Assembly: GCF_963921235.1 (NCBI RefSeq)
Contig: NC_086097.1
Location: forward strand, 192,512,001 to 192,576,000
DNA length: 64,000 nt
Origin: Mobula hypostoma
Lineage: Eukaryota
Direction of reading: 5' to 3'
Within the stretch, counting starts at the first letter, position 1. Each line of letters opens with the position of its first letter. Under the pieces are notes generated by a model. It was not told the DNA's origin. It saw only the letters and a list, made by a program, of their open reading frames with translations, and made no database searches. Both the position numbers and the translations under genes were made by a program. Positions 1 to 11,739 of the stretch are shown here, one piece after another.

Positions 1-470
1 ACAAGGAAAGCACACCACTTGCTATACTTCATTAGGATTTAAAGAGATTTGGTACGTCACCAAAGAGTCTTGCAGAATTCTACATATTGGAAGCATTCTG
101 ACTGGTAGTATCACAGCATCGTATGGAGGATCGAAGGAGGCTAATGAGGGCTGTAGACTCATCCAGGTTCATTGCAACACAACCCTCTCTGCCATTGAGG
201 GCATCTTCAAAAGGCAGCATTCATCATTAAAGACCCTCACCATCTGGCATATGCCTTCTTCATTTTATTACCATTGGGGAGGAGAATGAAGGCTCACACT
301 CTATGTTTGAAGTTTTTTACCCTCTGCCATCTGATCACTTTCTGAATGGTCCATGAGCACTATCTTGTGTAGTCTTTTGCACTCTTCACTTTTTTTCCCA
401 CTTACAGTAATTGTTGCCGTAAAATGGCAAATTTCACGTAATATGTCAATGATAATAAAGCAGATTCTGA
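1..470 (+). mobile_element. Rex1/Babar-like LINE, degenerate 3' fragment
   Basis: Resembles the 3' part of the clearer Rex1 copies here (e.g. 26755-27135: agcattctgactgg, catcattaaagaccctcaccatctggcatatgccttcttc); ends with gataataaa...ctgatt. Boundaries approximate. Confidence 0.65.
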
Positions 471-829
471 TTTTGTTTCACTATTTGCACCATAAAATTA
501 GTATGGATTCCTGTAACAGATCTTTACATCACCTCACAATTGTACCCATCGCCACATCAGAGAAGTCACCCAGGTGAAGTGTACAAGCAGAGTTGAGTTC
601 ATGCATTTCATTGATGACCAGGTAGTAAGTCAACATGTCCCTGCAGCCATTACAGTAAGAGCTGCCATTAGTAACACAGATTCAACCACAGAATAGCACA
701 CCTAGTCTCTTTCAGTAAATCTAGAGGCTCTCTTCTTCATCTTTGTGGTCTCTTTCTCCATTTCTCCCCAGTGATAGAGATGGCATGTGTGTTATGTCTG
801 GTTGTAATGAATTATAACGGTTAAGGTCT

Positions 830-1212
830 GTTATAAGATTTGTTATTGTCAATGTACCAAGGTACTCTGAAAAATCGGTCTTGATTGTCATCCTTGCAAA
901 TCATTGCACAACAGCAACACATTGAGGTAGTGCAAGGGAAAAACAATAACATAATGTGGAGTATAGTGTACAGTGACTGATAAAGTGTGGTTAGATAATA
1001 AGGTGTAAGGGCCACAATAGGGTAGTTTGTGAGATCAAGAGTCAATCCTATCATACAAGAGTTCCATTTAGAATAAAAGCTATACTTAAACCTGAGGGTA
1101 CATGGTTTCAGACTGTGTGTCTACTACCAAATGGCTGGGGGAAGAAAAGGAATATCCAGGGTGAGTGGGGTTTTTGATTATGTTGGCTGCTTTATGAAGG
1201 CAGTGAGAGCTC
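830..1212 (-). mobile_element. Rex1/Babar-like LINE, degenerate 3' fragment
   Basis: Minus-strand peptide KAANIIKNPTHPGYSFSSP matches the Rex1 C-terminal IIKDPxHPGHxLF motif seen in other copies. Confidence 0.6.
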
Positions 1213-1214
1213 AG

Positions 1215-1590
1215 ATGAGAGTGCATCAAATTGCCAAAAACGTTTGGTCCCTTAGGAACTATATAGCAGATGCTTCTAGTGTTAACCACAACATTATTTC
1301 TAAAGTATCTTCAGTCAATTTCATTATTATTCTTCCAGGCATCCAATTGTACATTAATGTTTTATCCTCTTCCAATTTAGCATATGGAAAAGTAAAATCC
1401 ATTTTCTCATCAAAGATCTTTTTTGTAGTATCATGCTGCAAAAGGTTACCAAAGGACCATGTTTGGACAAGTGGTTAAAAAATATGACGCAGTTCTGCAC
1501 CATTCAGCTGCTTTTTCATATTTATTTCCGTTAATTATCAAGTATCATCCTTCTGGAAAAATTTCCATTGGCACTTCCATGGAACATCAT
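1215..1590 (-). mobile_element. possible highly decayed L1-type ORF2 C-terminal remnant
   Basis: Stop-ridden minus-strand peptides (LMYNW...EDTLEIMLW; NTRSIC...NLMHSHLS) loosely resemble the region before the L1 zinc knuckle. Weak. Confidence 0.25.
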
Positions 1591-2642
1591 TTAAAATTAA
1601 GTGAGTGGAGACAGATAAAGGTGTAATCTATGTGAAAATACTTTCAGGAAACAAAAGAATATAATAAATATCTTGAGACTCTTAGTGCTGTCAAATTTAA
1701 TTGCATGCATTATAAAGCAAGCATGTGCAAAAGAGGTTTTTGACACTTGCACAGATCCTGCTGTTTACTAGAGATCCATAGCTTCTAATCTAGATTGAGC
1801 AAATTAGCTCTTTTCCAGCAAATGTAGCAGGTTATACTAGTTAGTTGTTACATGTATTTTTCTCAAATACAGCAATTGACTGAACACAAAGAGAACCTGC
1901 ATTAACCAACAATTACCTTTATTGGTACAGTTAAAACCAAACATACAAGTCGTACAATACTAAATATCTGTGTGCACACCCACTAGGTTTCTTTAACTCT
2001 CCCCAAACAGTCAAAAATAGAATAGCTAATATATGGCAATGGGAGTTTATGTTAGCCTGGTGATCCCCTTGATCCCAACATAATCTCTATGTTTACGATA
2101 TAAGGTTATCCAATTTCCCAATCTCCAAAGTTTTCCCTGCTTCCACACATGAAGCATTCTCTTATCCTCTTTTTCATCAGATGTTGTGTTGTTTTTTTGG
2201 CTCAGGCTTATCTGATTAGCCTGTACCAGCTTCTCATTGGATGTGGCCCAAAATTACAAGCAAAATGACTTCTACCAGACGTGCCTCATGTCTCTTTCAT
2301 GGTTTTCCCTTTTTATTAAAATTCATAAATATTCAGAATATTTATCAATTTTGATTCTTGATTATGCCTGAAGATGTTACTTAATCAATTGGCAATGTAG
2401 TTGACAACATATCAGCTCAAAACCCTTTGCTTTAGGAAGCCAGCCAGGAGAAATATTCCATTATATTTTACATTTGTCTTTCATGCAACCCTTCCCACAG
2501 GTTCAAATTAAAGTTTGAGATATCATAGAACAAATAATGTTGACTAGAATACACAAAATAATCTGCAGATGCTGTTGTCAAAGGAACACTCAAAATGCGC
2601 TGGAGGAACTCAGCAGTTCAGTCAGCATCAGTTGAAAAGATT

Positions 2643-2678
2643 AGTCGACGTTTCGGGCCGAAACCCTTCATCAGGACT
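2643..2678 (-). ncRNA. minimal type I hammerhead ribozyme (Penelope pLTR), intact core
   Basis: Minus strand reads AGTC-CTGATGA-A-GGGT-TTCG-GCCC-GAAA-CGTC-GACT: stem I AGUC/GACU, CUGANGA box, stem II with UUCG loop, GAAA box, palindromic ACGU stem III, GUC cleavage triplet. Confidence 0.85.
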
Positions 2679-3840
2679 GAAGGAAGAACTTTGTGGGGGG
2701 GGGGGGTTGAAGAATGCTGGTAGTTGAAAAAAACAGTAATTTTTAAGACAAAGGGGTGGGGGAGGGGAAGCAGGGAGGTGATGCGAAATAGGGATAGAGG
2801 AAGGGAGGGAGTGGGAATTACCAGAAGTTGGAGAATTCTATGTTCATATCAAGGGGCTGGAGACTACGTAGACGGTATATGAAGTGTTGCTCCTCCAACC
2901 TGAGTTTAGCCTCATCATGGCAGTAGAGGAGGCCATGTATGGACATATCTGAATGGGAGTGGGAAGCAGAGTTGAAGTGGGTGACTACTGGGAGATCCTG
3001 TCTGTTGTGGTGGACGGAGTGGAGGTGCTCAACAAAGCGGTCCCCCAATCTGCGTCGGGTTTCACCGATGTAGAGGAGGCCACACCGGGAGCACCGGATG
3101 CAATAGATGACCCCAACAGATTTGCAAGTGAAATGTTGCCTCACCCGGAAGGACCCGCCATCCCTCTCCGCTTTCAGCAGGGATCGATCCCTCCGCGACT
3201 CACTTATCCGCACGTCCATCCCCACGGATCTCCAACCCAGCACTTAACCCTGTAAGCGTAAGTGCTACACCTGTCCCTACACCTCCTCTCTTGCCACCAT
3301 TCAGGGCCCCAAACAGTCCTTCCAGGTGAGGCAACACTTCACTTGCGAATCTGTTGGGGTCATCTATTGCATCTGGTGCTCCCGGTGCGACCTCCTCTAC
3401 GTGGGTGAAACCCGACGCAGATTGGGGGACCGCTTCGTTGAACACCTCCACTCCATCCACCACAACAGACAGGATCTCCCGGTAGCCACCCACTTCAACT
3501 CTGCATCCCATTCCCATTCAGATATGTCCATACATGATCTCCTCTACTGCCATGATGAGGCTAATCTCAGGTTGGAGGAGCAACACCTCATATACTGTCT
3601 AGGTAGTCTCCAGCCCCTTGGTATGAACACAGAATTCTCCAACTTCCGGTCCTTCCCTCCCCCTCCCGTCCCCGATCCTTATTTCGCCTCACCTCCCTCA
3701 TAGTTCTGCCTCCTTCTACTACCTTTCTCCTGCCAATCACCTCCCTGCTTCCCCTCCCCCACCCCTTTGTCTTAAAAATTACTGTTTTTTTCAACTACCA
3801 GCATTCTTCAACCCCCCCCCCCCCCCAAAGTTCTTCCTTC

Positions 3841-3876
3841 AGTCCTGACGAAGGGTTTCGGCCCGAAGCGTCGACT
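3841..3876 (+). ncRNA. minimal type I hammerhead ribozyme, variant (GAAA>GAAG)
   Basis: AGTC-CTGACGA-A-GGGTTTCGGCCC-GAAG-CGTC-GACT; the A>G at 3868 hits the conserved GAAA box. Confidence 0.75.
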
Positions 3877-4608
3877 AATCTTTTCAACTGATGCTGACTG
3901 AACTGCTGAATTCCTCCAGCGCATTTTGAGTGTTCCTTTGATTAAAATACATTCTTTTTGTAATTAATATGTATTTCATTCTTTATTTAATCTGCTGTTT
4001 AGATAATAACATAAACTTGATCAAGTTATAGTTTTCCTTTGTAGCATTAAACATAGCCACACATGAAGATCTTGGGATCCAAGGCTTCTAATACAACATA
4101 CAATTGGTTAATAGCTGGTGTTGATAAAATCTTGCCTTTTTAAACTCTTCCTTATGTTATCTTGCACTTGAATATGTTCCAGAACAACTTTCATTATCAA
4201 GTATTAATTTTTTCATAATTACTGTGTTCCTATCCTTGAAAAAGGGTATCAAATCACTTTTCAATGCAAATGATGTAATTCTTTGATAACAATAACATCA
4301 ATTACACATTTAGAATTGTTGCTGCTTCACATGAAAAATAATTTGATAGATTGCTGTCCATTATGTATGCATAGAATGGCAATTCCCTGAATGTTACTGA
4401 TAATAAGTAGAACAAACGTAGTCAGTGGGGAGACATACAGCAGGGTAAAAAATTCCAAGTGGTTAATTATTAAGATAATATGGAAGTATGCTTAAAATAA
4501 TGTGTACCTATTTACAGTTGTTAATGAGAACACAAATTTACAAAATAATGCAATACACATTTAGTACATTAATTAAAACTTTAATTAGTACTCTTTAATT
4601 GAGAAGTT

Positions 4609-5028
4609 CATGGCTCTGTCTGCCTAAGTAGACAATGGATGCGCCTGGTTCCAGGGCGCAGAACTGAGCAATGAATATGGAGATCCTGGGCTGCCCAGAC
4701 ATCTAGATCCCCTTCTTGGCCTCACGGATGTGATCCAAAGGAAGTACATTTGGCATCAGCTTGGCTGCAGGAGCTGCCAGGAGGTGACGTGGTACGTCAT
4801 CCAACCGCCTTAGGGGCTCCACTGCGGATTTGTGTAGGGTTTACTCCTTAGCCTTCTCTTCTCCCGAAGATACCCACAAGGCAGTGAGTAGTGGCTCTGT
4901 CACTACTACAGGGTGTGCCGACCTTGCCTTACACAAATGCCGGGCTCAGCTGGCTCCAGCTCACAGTACCTGGTATGGGCCCCTATCCAGGGTTGCAGAT
5001 CCCACTGCCTTGTGGGTATCTTCGGGAG
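4609..5028 (-). mobile_element. non-coding retroposon (RTE-related SINE-like) with inverted 5' segment
   Basis: 12-bp TSD aattgagaagtt at 4597-4608 and 5029-5040; GC-rich island in AT-rich flanks; perfect 28-bp inverted repeat 4859-4886 / 5003-5030. RTE affinity is from my recollection of RTE 5'UTR motifs (gagtaaaccct...aaatccg.agtggagcccctaaggcgg), unverified. Confidence 0.6.
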
Positions 5029-5379
5029 AATTGAGAAGTTACTACAGTGCAAAAACACTAAGTTAGATTTTACTTTGTTTCTTTCATATTTTCCTCCCAG
5101 TAAATTTCATGAGCAAAATAAAACAAAGTTACTAGCAGGTCAAATATATCTTTAGTTATTTCTTAGTAATGATCATTTTCTGTAATATTGAATGCGTGGC
5201 TGGCAATGGTGGAATGAAGGAATTCATTAATTGGGAGCTCTGACAAAATTGTAAGCAAGTGGAGAATACAGGAAAAAGCAGAACTAAAGCCATGAAAACA
5301 AGCACGAGGATGTTGAAAACTTAAAGATCAGAGAAGATATATGGAGAGTGATTAACCAATAAAACATCAGTAAGTGTCT

Positions 5380-6678
5380 GAACGACTGGCATCCTGTCGC
5401 ACCCACCTCAATAATAAGCAAATGCTTTGAGAGGCTAGTCAAGGATTACATCTGCAGCTTGCTACCACCCAAATTGGACCCCCTACAATTCACCAACCGA
5501 CACAACTGATCGTCAGACAACGCAATAGCCACTGCTCTACATACCGTCCTTACACATCTGGAGAAGAAGGATGCTAATGTGAGAATGCTTTTCTTCGACT
5601 ACAGTTCGGCATTCAACACCATAGTTCCATCCAGGCTCAATAAGGAGCTCAGAGACATTGGCCTTGACCCTGCCTTGTGCAGCTGGATCCTGGACTTCCC
5701 CTCAGATCACTGGCTGGTGGTAAGAGTGGGATGCTTCACCTCCACCTCTCTGGCTCTCAATATAGGAGCCCTCAGGGCTATGTACTAAGTTCCCTTCTTT
5801 TCTCCCTGTCTACCCGTGACTGTGTCACCACCCACAGTTCTAATCTGCTAATTAAATTTATCGATGTCACTACATTGATTGGCCTTATCTCAAAAAATAA
5901 TGAGGTGGCTTACAGGGAAGAAGTCATCACTCTGTCATAGTGGTGTCAAGAAAACAATCTCTCCCTCAATGTCGCAAAAACAAAGGAGTTGGTTGTGGAC
6001 TACAGGTGGAGTGGAGATGGGCTAACCCCTTTTGACATCAATGGATCTGGGGTTGAGAGGGTAAACAGCCTTAAGTTCCTCAGCATCCACATCACCGAGG
6101 ACCTCATGTGGTCTGTTAACACCAGCTGTGTGGTGGAAAAGGCACAACAGTGCTCTTTCACCTTAGACGGTTGAGGAAGTTTGGTATGGGCTCCCAAACC
6201 CTAAGAATTTTCTACAGCGACACAATTGAGAACATCCTGACTGGTATGGAAACTGTACCTCCCTTAATCACAGGACTCTTTGGGGAGTGGTGTGGACAGC
6301 CCAACGCATCTGTAGTTGTGAACTTTCCATGATTCAGGACATTTCCAAGGACAAGTGTGTAAAAAGGGCCCAAAGGATAATTGGGGACCCAAGTCACCCC
6401 AACCACAAACTGTTCCAGCTGCTACCATCCTGGCAATGGTACGGCAGCATAAAAGCCAGGACCAACAGGCTCTGGGACAGCTTCTTCTACCAGGCCATCA
6501 GACTGATTAGTTCATGCTGATTTGTGTGTACTCTATATTACATGATTGTTCTATTTATTGTATATTATTATAAATTACTATGATTGCACATTGCACATTC
6601 AGATGGAGAGGTAATGTAAAGATTTTTACTCATGTATGTGAAGGATGTAAGAAATAAAGTAAATTCAATTCAATTCAA
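5380..6678 (+). mobile_element. Rex1/Babar-like LINE, 5'-truncated RT pseudogene
   Basis: Frameshifted RT: RMLFFDYSSAFNTIVP, PQGYVLS, KFIDVTT (decayed FADD), KFLSIHI, HPNHKLFQLLPS; aataaa followed by an (attca)n tail. Confidence 0.88.
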
Positions 6679-6874
6679 ATGGGCTCATGAGCATGGCAGA
6701 TTTTAGAGGAAGAAAATAGGATAGATTAAAATTATCGTACCAAATTACAAAGATCCAACATGGTATTCTTTTTTTACCTTTTGGTATTCAATTTGAAATA
6801 TGAATTTTCTAGACTTTTTTTTCTCATCTTTGGACTAAAGATGCACTTGGCCTTTTATTGTTCATGGCAGTAGT

Positions 6875-9665
6875 ATGTGAGGAAAAAAGGGAGCCTAAAG
6901 GTATAGAGCAACAGCTATTGTAAATCTAGTCAAGAAGAAAAGAAGAGCTTACGAAAGGCTCGAAAAACTAGCTGGTGATAGAGATCTAGAAGATTATGAG
7001 GCTAGTAGGAAGGAGCTTAAGAAAGAAATTAGGAGAGCCAGAAAGGGCCATGAGAAGGCCTTGGCGGACAGGATTAAGGAAAACCCCGAGGCATTCTACA
7101 TTGGTAGTAGGTAAGTTATTGGAGGGAGTACTAAGATACAGAATCTACAAGCATTTGGATAGACAGGGACTTATTAGGGAGAGTCAACATGGCTTTGTGC
7201 GTGGTAGGTCATGTTTGACCAATCTATTGGAGTTTTTCGAGGAGGTTACCAGGAAAGTGGATGAAGGGGAGGCAGTGGATATTGTCTACATGGACTTCAG
7301 TAAGGCCTTTGACAAGGTCCCACATGGGAGGTTAGTTAGGAAAATTCAGTAGCTAGGTATACATGGAGAGGAGGTAAATTGGATTAGACATTGGCTCAAT
7401 GGAAGAAGCCAAAGAGTGGTAGTAGAGAATTGCTTCTCCGGGGGGAGGCCTGTGACTAGTGGTGTGCCACAAGGATCAGTGCTGGGTCCATTGTTTTTTG
7501 TCATCTATATCAATGATCTGTATGATAATGTGGTAAATTGGATCAGCAAATTTGCTGATGATACAAAGATTGGAGGTGTAGTAGACAGTGAGGAAGGTTT
7601 TCAGAGCCTGCAAAGGGACTTGGACCAGCTGGAAAAATGGGCTGAAAAATGGCAGGTGGAGTTTAATACAGACAAGTGTGAGGTACTGCACGTTGGAAGG
7701 ACAAACCAAGGTAGAACATACAGGGTTAATGGTAAGGCACTGAGGAGTGCAGTAGAACAGAGGGATCTGGGAATACAGATACAAAATTCCCTAAAAGTGA
7801 AGATAGATAGGTAGATAGGGTCGTAAAGAGAGCTTTTGGTACATTGGCCCTTATTAATCAAAGTATTGAGTATAAGAGCAGGAATGTTATGATGAGGTTG
7901 TATAAGGCATTGGTGAGGCCGAATCTGGAGTATTGTGTTCAGTTTTGGTCACCAAATTACAGGAAGGATATAAATATGGTTGAAAGAGTGCAGAGAAGGT
8001 TTACAAGGATGTTGCCGGGACTTGAGAAACTTAGTTACAGAGAAAGGTTGAATAGGTTAGGACTTTATTCCCTGGAGCGTAGAAGAATGAGGGGAGATTT
8101 GATAGAGGTATATAAAATTATGGTGGATATAGATAGAATGAATGCAAGCAGGCTTTTTCCATTGAGGCAAGGGGAGAATAAAACCAGAGGACATGGGTTA
8201 AGGGTGAAGGGGGAAAAGTTTAAAGGGAACATTAGGGGGGTCTTTTTCACACAGAGAGTGGTGGGAGTATGGAATGAGCTGCCTGACGAGGTGGTAAATG
8301 CGGGTTCTTTTCTAACATTTAAGAATAAATTGGACAGATACATGGATAGGAGGTGTATAGAGGGATATGGTCTGTGTGCAGGTCAGTGGAACTCTGGCAG
8401 AAAATGGTTCAGCACAGCCAAGAAGAGCCAAAAGGCCTGTTTCTGTGCTGTAGTTTTTCTATGGTTTCTATGGTTTCTATGGTTTCTAAGTATGTGAAGA
8501 GCAAGAGGGCAAGACGTGAGAGAATATGACCAATCAAGTGTGACAGTGGAGAAGTGTGTATGGAACTTGAGGAAACAGCAGAGGTATTTAATGAGTACAT
8601 TGCTTCAGTATTCATGACGGAAAAGGATCTTGGCGATTGTAGGGGTGACTTACAGTGAACTGAAAAGCTTGAGCATGTTGATGCTAAGAAAGAGCATGTG
8701 CTGGAGCTTTTGGAAAGCCCCAGGTTGGATAAGACACCAGAATTGGACAAGATGTACCCCAGGCTACTGTGGGAGGTGAAGGAAGAGATTACTGAGCCTC
8801 TGGCAATGATGTTTGCATCGTCAATAGGATGGGAGAGGATCCGGAGGATTGGAGGGTTGCGGATGTTGTTCCATTATTCAAGAAAGGGAGCAGAGATAGC
8901 CCAGGAAATTATAGACCAGTGAATCTTACTTCAGTGGTTGGTAAGTTGATGGAGAAGATCCTAGGAGGCAAGATTTATGAACATTTGTAGAGGCATAATA
9001 TGATTAGGACTAGTCAGCATGGCTTCGTGAAAGGCAGGTTGTGCCTTATGAGCCTGATTGAATTTTTTTAGGATGTGACTAAACACATTGACGATGGTAG
9101 AGCAGTAGGTGTATTGTATATGGATTTCAGCAAGGCATTTGACAAGGTACCCCATGCAAGGCTTATTGAGAAAGTAGGGAGGCATGGTATCCAAGGGGAC
9201 ATTGCTTTGTGGATCCAGAACTGGCTTGCCTACAGAAGGCAAAGCATGGTTGTAGACGGGTCATATTCTGCATGGAGGTCGGTCACCAGTGGAGTGCCTC
9301 AGGAATCTGTTCTGGGACCCCTTCTCTTTGTGATTTTTATAAATGACCTGGATGAGGAAGTGGAGGGATAGGTTAGTAAATTTACTGATGACACAAAGGT
9401 TGGAGGTGTTTTGGATAGTGTGGAGGGCTGTCAGAGGTTACAGCAGGACATTGAAAGGATGCAAAACTGGGTTGAGAAGTGGCAGATGGAGTTCAACCCA
9501 AATAAGTGTGAAGTGTTTCATTTTGGTCGGTCAAATATGATGACAAAATATAATCTTAATGGTAAGACTCCTGGCAGCGTGGAGGATCAGAGGGATCTTA
9601 GGGTCTGAGTCCATAGGACACTCAAAGTGCTGCACAGGTTGACTCTGTGGTTAAGAAAACCTTCA
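6875..9665 (+). mobile_element. CR1 LINE ORF2 fragment (host, interrupted at 7101-8488)
   Basis: ENP.AFY|KYVKSK is split by the insertion (compare the unsplit copy at 53701-53740); downstream [35 protein letters not shown]. Confidence 0.88.
7101..8488 (+). mobile_element. CR1 LINE, 5'-truncated, nested
   Basis: [57 protein letters not shown]; (ttctatggt)n tail at 8456-8488. Confidence 0.93.
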
Positions 9666-10055
9666 TCAATGACTGGTGGACTGATGAGGGGTAGTGCCAA
9701 GTAGGGGAGGTGAGTAGGCATGGAGCTCAAAGAAAGCAACAGGAGAATAATAGATATAAGACAAAGTCAAATTAAATTTGTTATGAAAGTGTGTGTATGT
9801 TACCATATACTGCCTTGTGATTCATTTCCTTGCAGGAATTCACAGGAAAGCAAAGAAATACAACAGAATATATGAAAAGCTATATATAACCAAATACTGA
9901 CTAACAATTTATATGCAAAAGAAGACAAACAGCAAAATAAGAATACAGAGTACGCAAGTTGTAGGGTTCTTGAAAGTGAGTCATTCGGCTGGGAAATCAA
10001 TTGAGCTGGGGTGAGTGAAGTTATCCACATCCATTCACCCATTCAGGAGCCTGAT

Positions 10056-10598
10056 TTAGTTTTAATTTAGAGATATAGCACAACAACAGACAGTTCAGGC
10101 CTAACGAGTCCACGGCACCCAGTTACACCCAAGTAACCAAGTAACCTACTACTCTGTAAGTTTTTTGAATATGGGAGGAAACCAGGGCACCTAGAGAAAA
10201 CCCATGCAGTCACAGGATTTTATACTAAAACCCTGTACAAGATAATATACTAACATCTTACAGTTAGGAAAGGAAAGGTACGTCGCACCTGGAGTTTCTC
10301 CGGTTAGCGGATGATTTCCCTCCATAGTGGGGTACTGCATACGAGGCAAGTTACAGCAGTGGTTTGCCATTGCCTTCTGCTGGGTGAGTATCCAAAGAGA
10401 TCACCAACTCGTAACCCAGCACAGATGGAAAGCATGCAGGGGAGCTGGCTGCATTTGAACTCAGGACCTTTTGTCCCGAAGTTCGACGCTGATGCCTCTA
10501 CGCCACCAGCCGGGTCTTACAGATAGAAGTGGGAATTGAATGCCGGTCGCTGGCTCTGTAAGGCAATGCACTTACCACTAGGCTGCTGTGCCACCCCT
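10056..10598 (-). mobile_element. V-SINE (HE1-like tRNA-derived SINE), degenerate
   Basis: Minus strand: tRNA-like head (ggcacagcagcctagtggt...cattcaattccc) and V-domain-like core gcatgggttttctctaggtgccctggtttcctccca. Confidence 0.7.
10264..10514 (-). mobile_element. tRNA-derived SINE with RTE-like 3' region, nested in the V-SINE
   Basis: A-box tggcgtagagg, B-box-like gagttcaaatgc, agaaggcaatggcaaaccact (BovB/Sauria-SINE-like RTE tail motif); 8-bp TSD tcttacag at 10256-10263 and 10515-10522. Confidence 0.78.
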
Positions 10599-11121
10599 CG
10601 ATGGTTTAAGGCTAATAACTGTTCGTAGACTTCCTGGTTTGGGTCCTATATCTCCTGTACTCCTTTCTGATGGCAGCAGCAAGAAGAAAGCATGGTCTGG
10701 ATGGTGGGGGTCTTTAATAATGGATGCTGCATTCTTGTGGAGGTGCTCCTTGTAGATTTGCTCAATGGTGAGGAGGACTTTGTCTGTGATGTACCAATTT
10801 TTTTAGACTTTTCCATTCATGGGCATCGGTGTTTCCATACCAGTTTGAGATGTTACCAATCACAACACTCTCCACTGTGCATCTATAAAAGTTTGTCAAA
10901 ATTTTAGATAATATGTTGAATCTATGCAAACTTTTAAGAAAGCAGAAGTGATACCATGGCTCCTTTGTGATGACACTTGGTATATATGCTGGTCCCAGGA
11001 CAGATCCTTTGATACGTTAACACTAAAGAAATCAAAGCCACCGACACTCTCCACCTCCTTTCCTCTAATAGGGATTGGCTCATAGAGTTCCATCTTTTTC
11101 CCCCTGTACCTGATAATCATA

Positions 11122-11408
11122 ATACCATAAGATATAGGAGTAGAATTAGGTCATTCATCCCATCAAGTCTGCTCTACCATTTCATCATGGCTGATCCATT
11201 TTCCCTTTCAGCCGTAATCTCTTTCCTTCTCCATGTCCTTTCATTCCCTGATTAATCAAGAACCTATCAACTTCTGTTTTAAACATACCCAATGACATGG
11301 CCTCCACATATTCCTCACACTCCAGCTAAAGAAATTCCTCTTCATCACTATTCTAAAAGGATGCCCCTCTTTTCTAAGGTGGTATCATCTGGTCTTAGAC
11401 TCCCCCAC
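11122..11408 (-). mobile_element. CR1 LINE 3' end fragment
   Basis: Similar to the 3'UTR of other CR1 copies (cataagatataggagtagaattagg, catggctgatcc). Confidence 0.7.
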
Positions 11409-11739
11409 CTGTTGTTGTGGAAAGTGAAAAGAGGCGTGGTGAATTTGTGGCTGATGTTGGGATCACATTGCAGCTAGTGGAAATGACAAATGACAAAATA
11501 AATGCAGCCAGCTTGATGGCCAAGGTGAATTGGTTGGATCTTTGTTGCAGAAAGAAGTGGAGAGATTTACGACCTTCCTGTGAGGAATGGAGGTGTACAA
11601 AGATTGGACATCCAAACTGTATTAGTCCATTGCACATCCATACTGACTTTACTTCTGTACTCATGCCCAAGGCCAGCAGGCAGACAAAAGATGCATATAT
11701 TTGGATTTGGAGTTGGACTTGAAATTTCATAATATCAAG

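Larger units (their letters stand above)
2554..3941. mobile_element. Penelope-like element (Neptune-type), 5'-truncated, two inverted arms
   Basis: GIY-YIG endonuclease on both strands: 2818-3154 (-) GVIYCIRCSRCGLLYIGETRRRLGDRFVEH and 3326-3650 (+) GVIYCIWCSRCDLLYVGET. Cys-rich linker PCKRKCYTC at ~3248-3275. Arms 2579-3154 and 3316-3941 are reverse complements. Imperfect possible TSD tgactagaataca (2541-2553) / tgattaaaataca (3939-3951). Confidence 0.9.
9765..11120 (-). mobile_element. Rex1/Babar-like LINE, degenerate 3' part
   Basis: Minus-strand EPIPIRGKEVESV...KDLSWDQHI, plus a 3'UTR like other copies (caaggaaatgaatc, tttgac tail); interrupted by SINEs. Confidence 0.7.
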
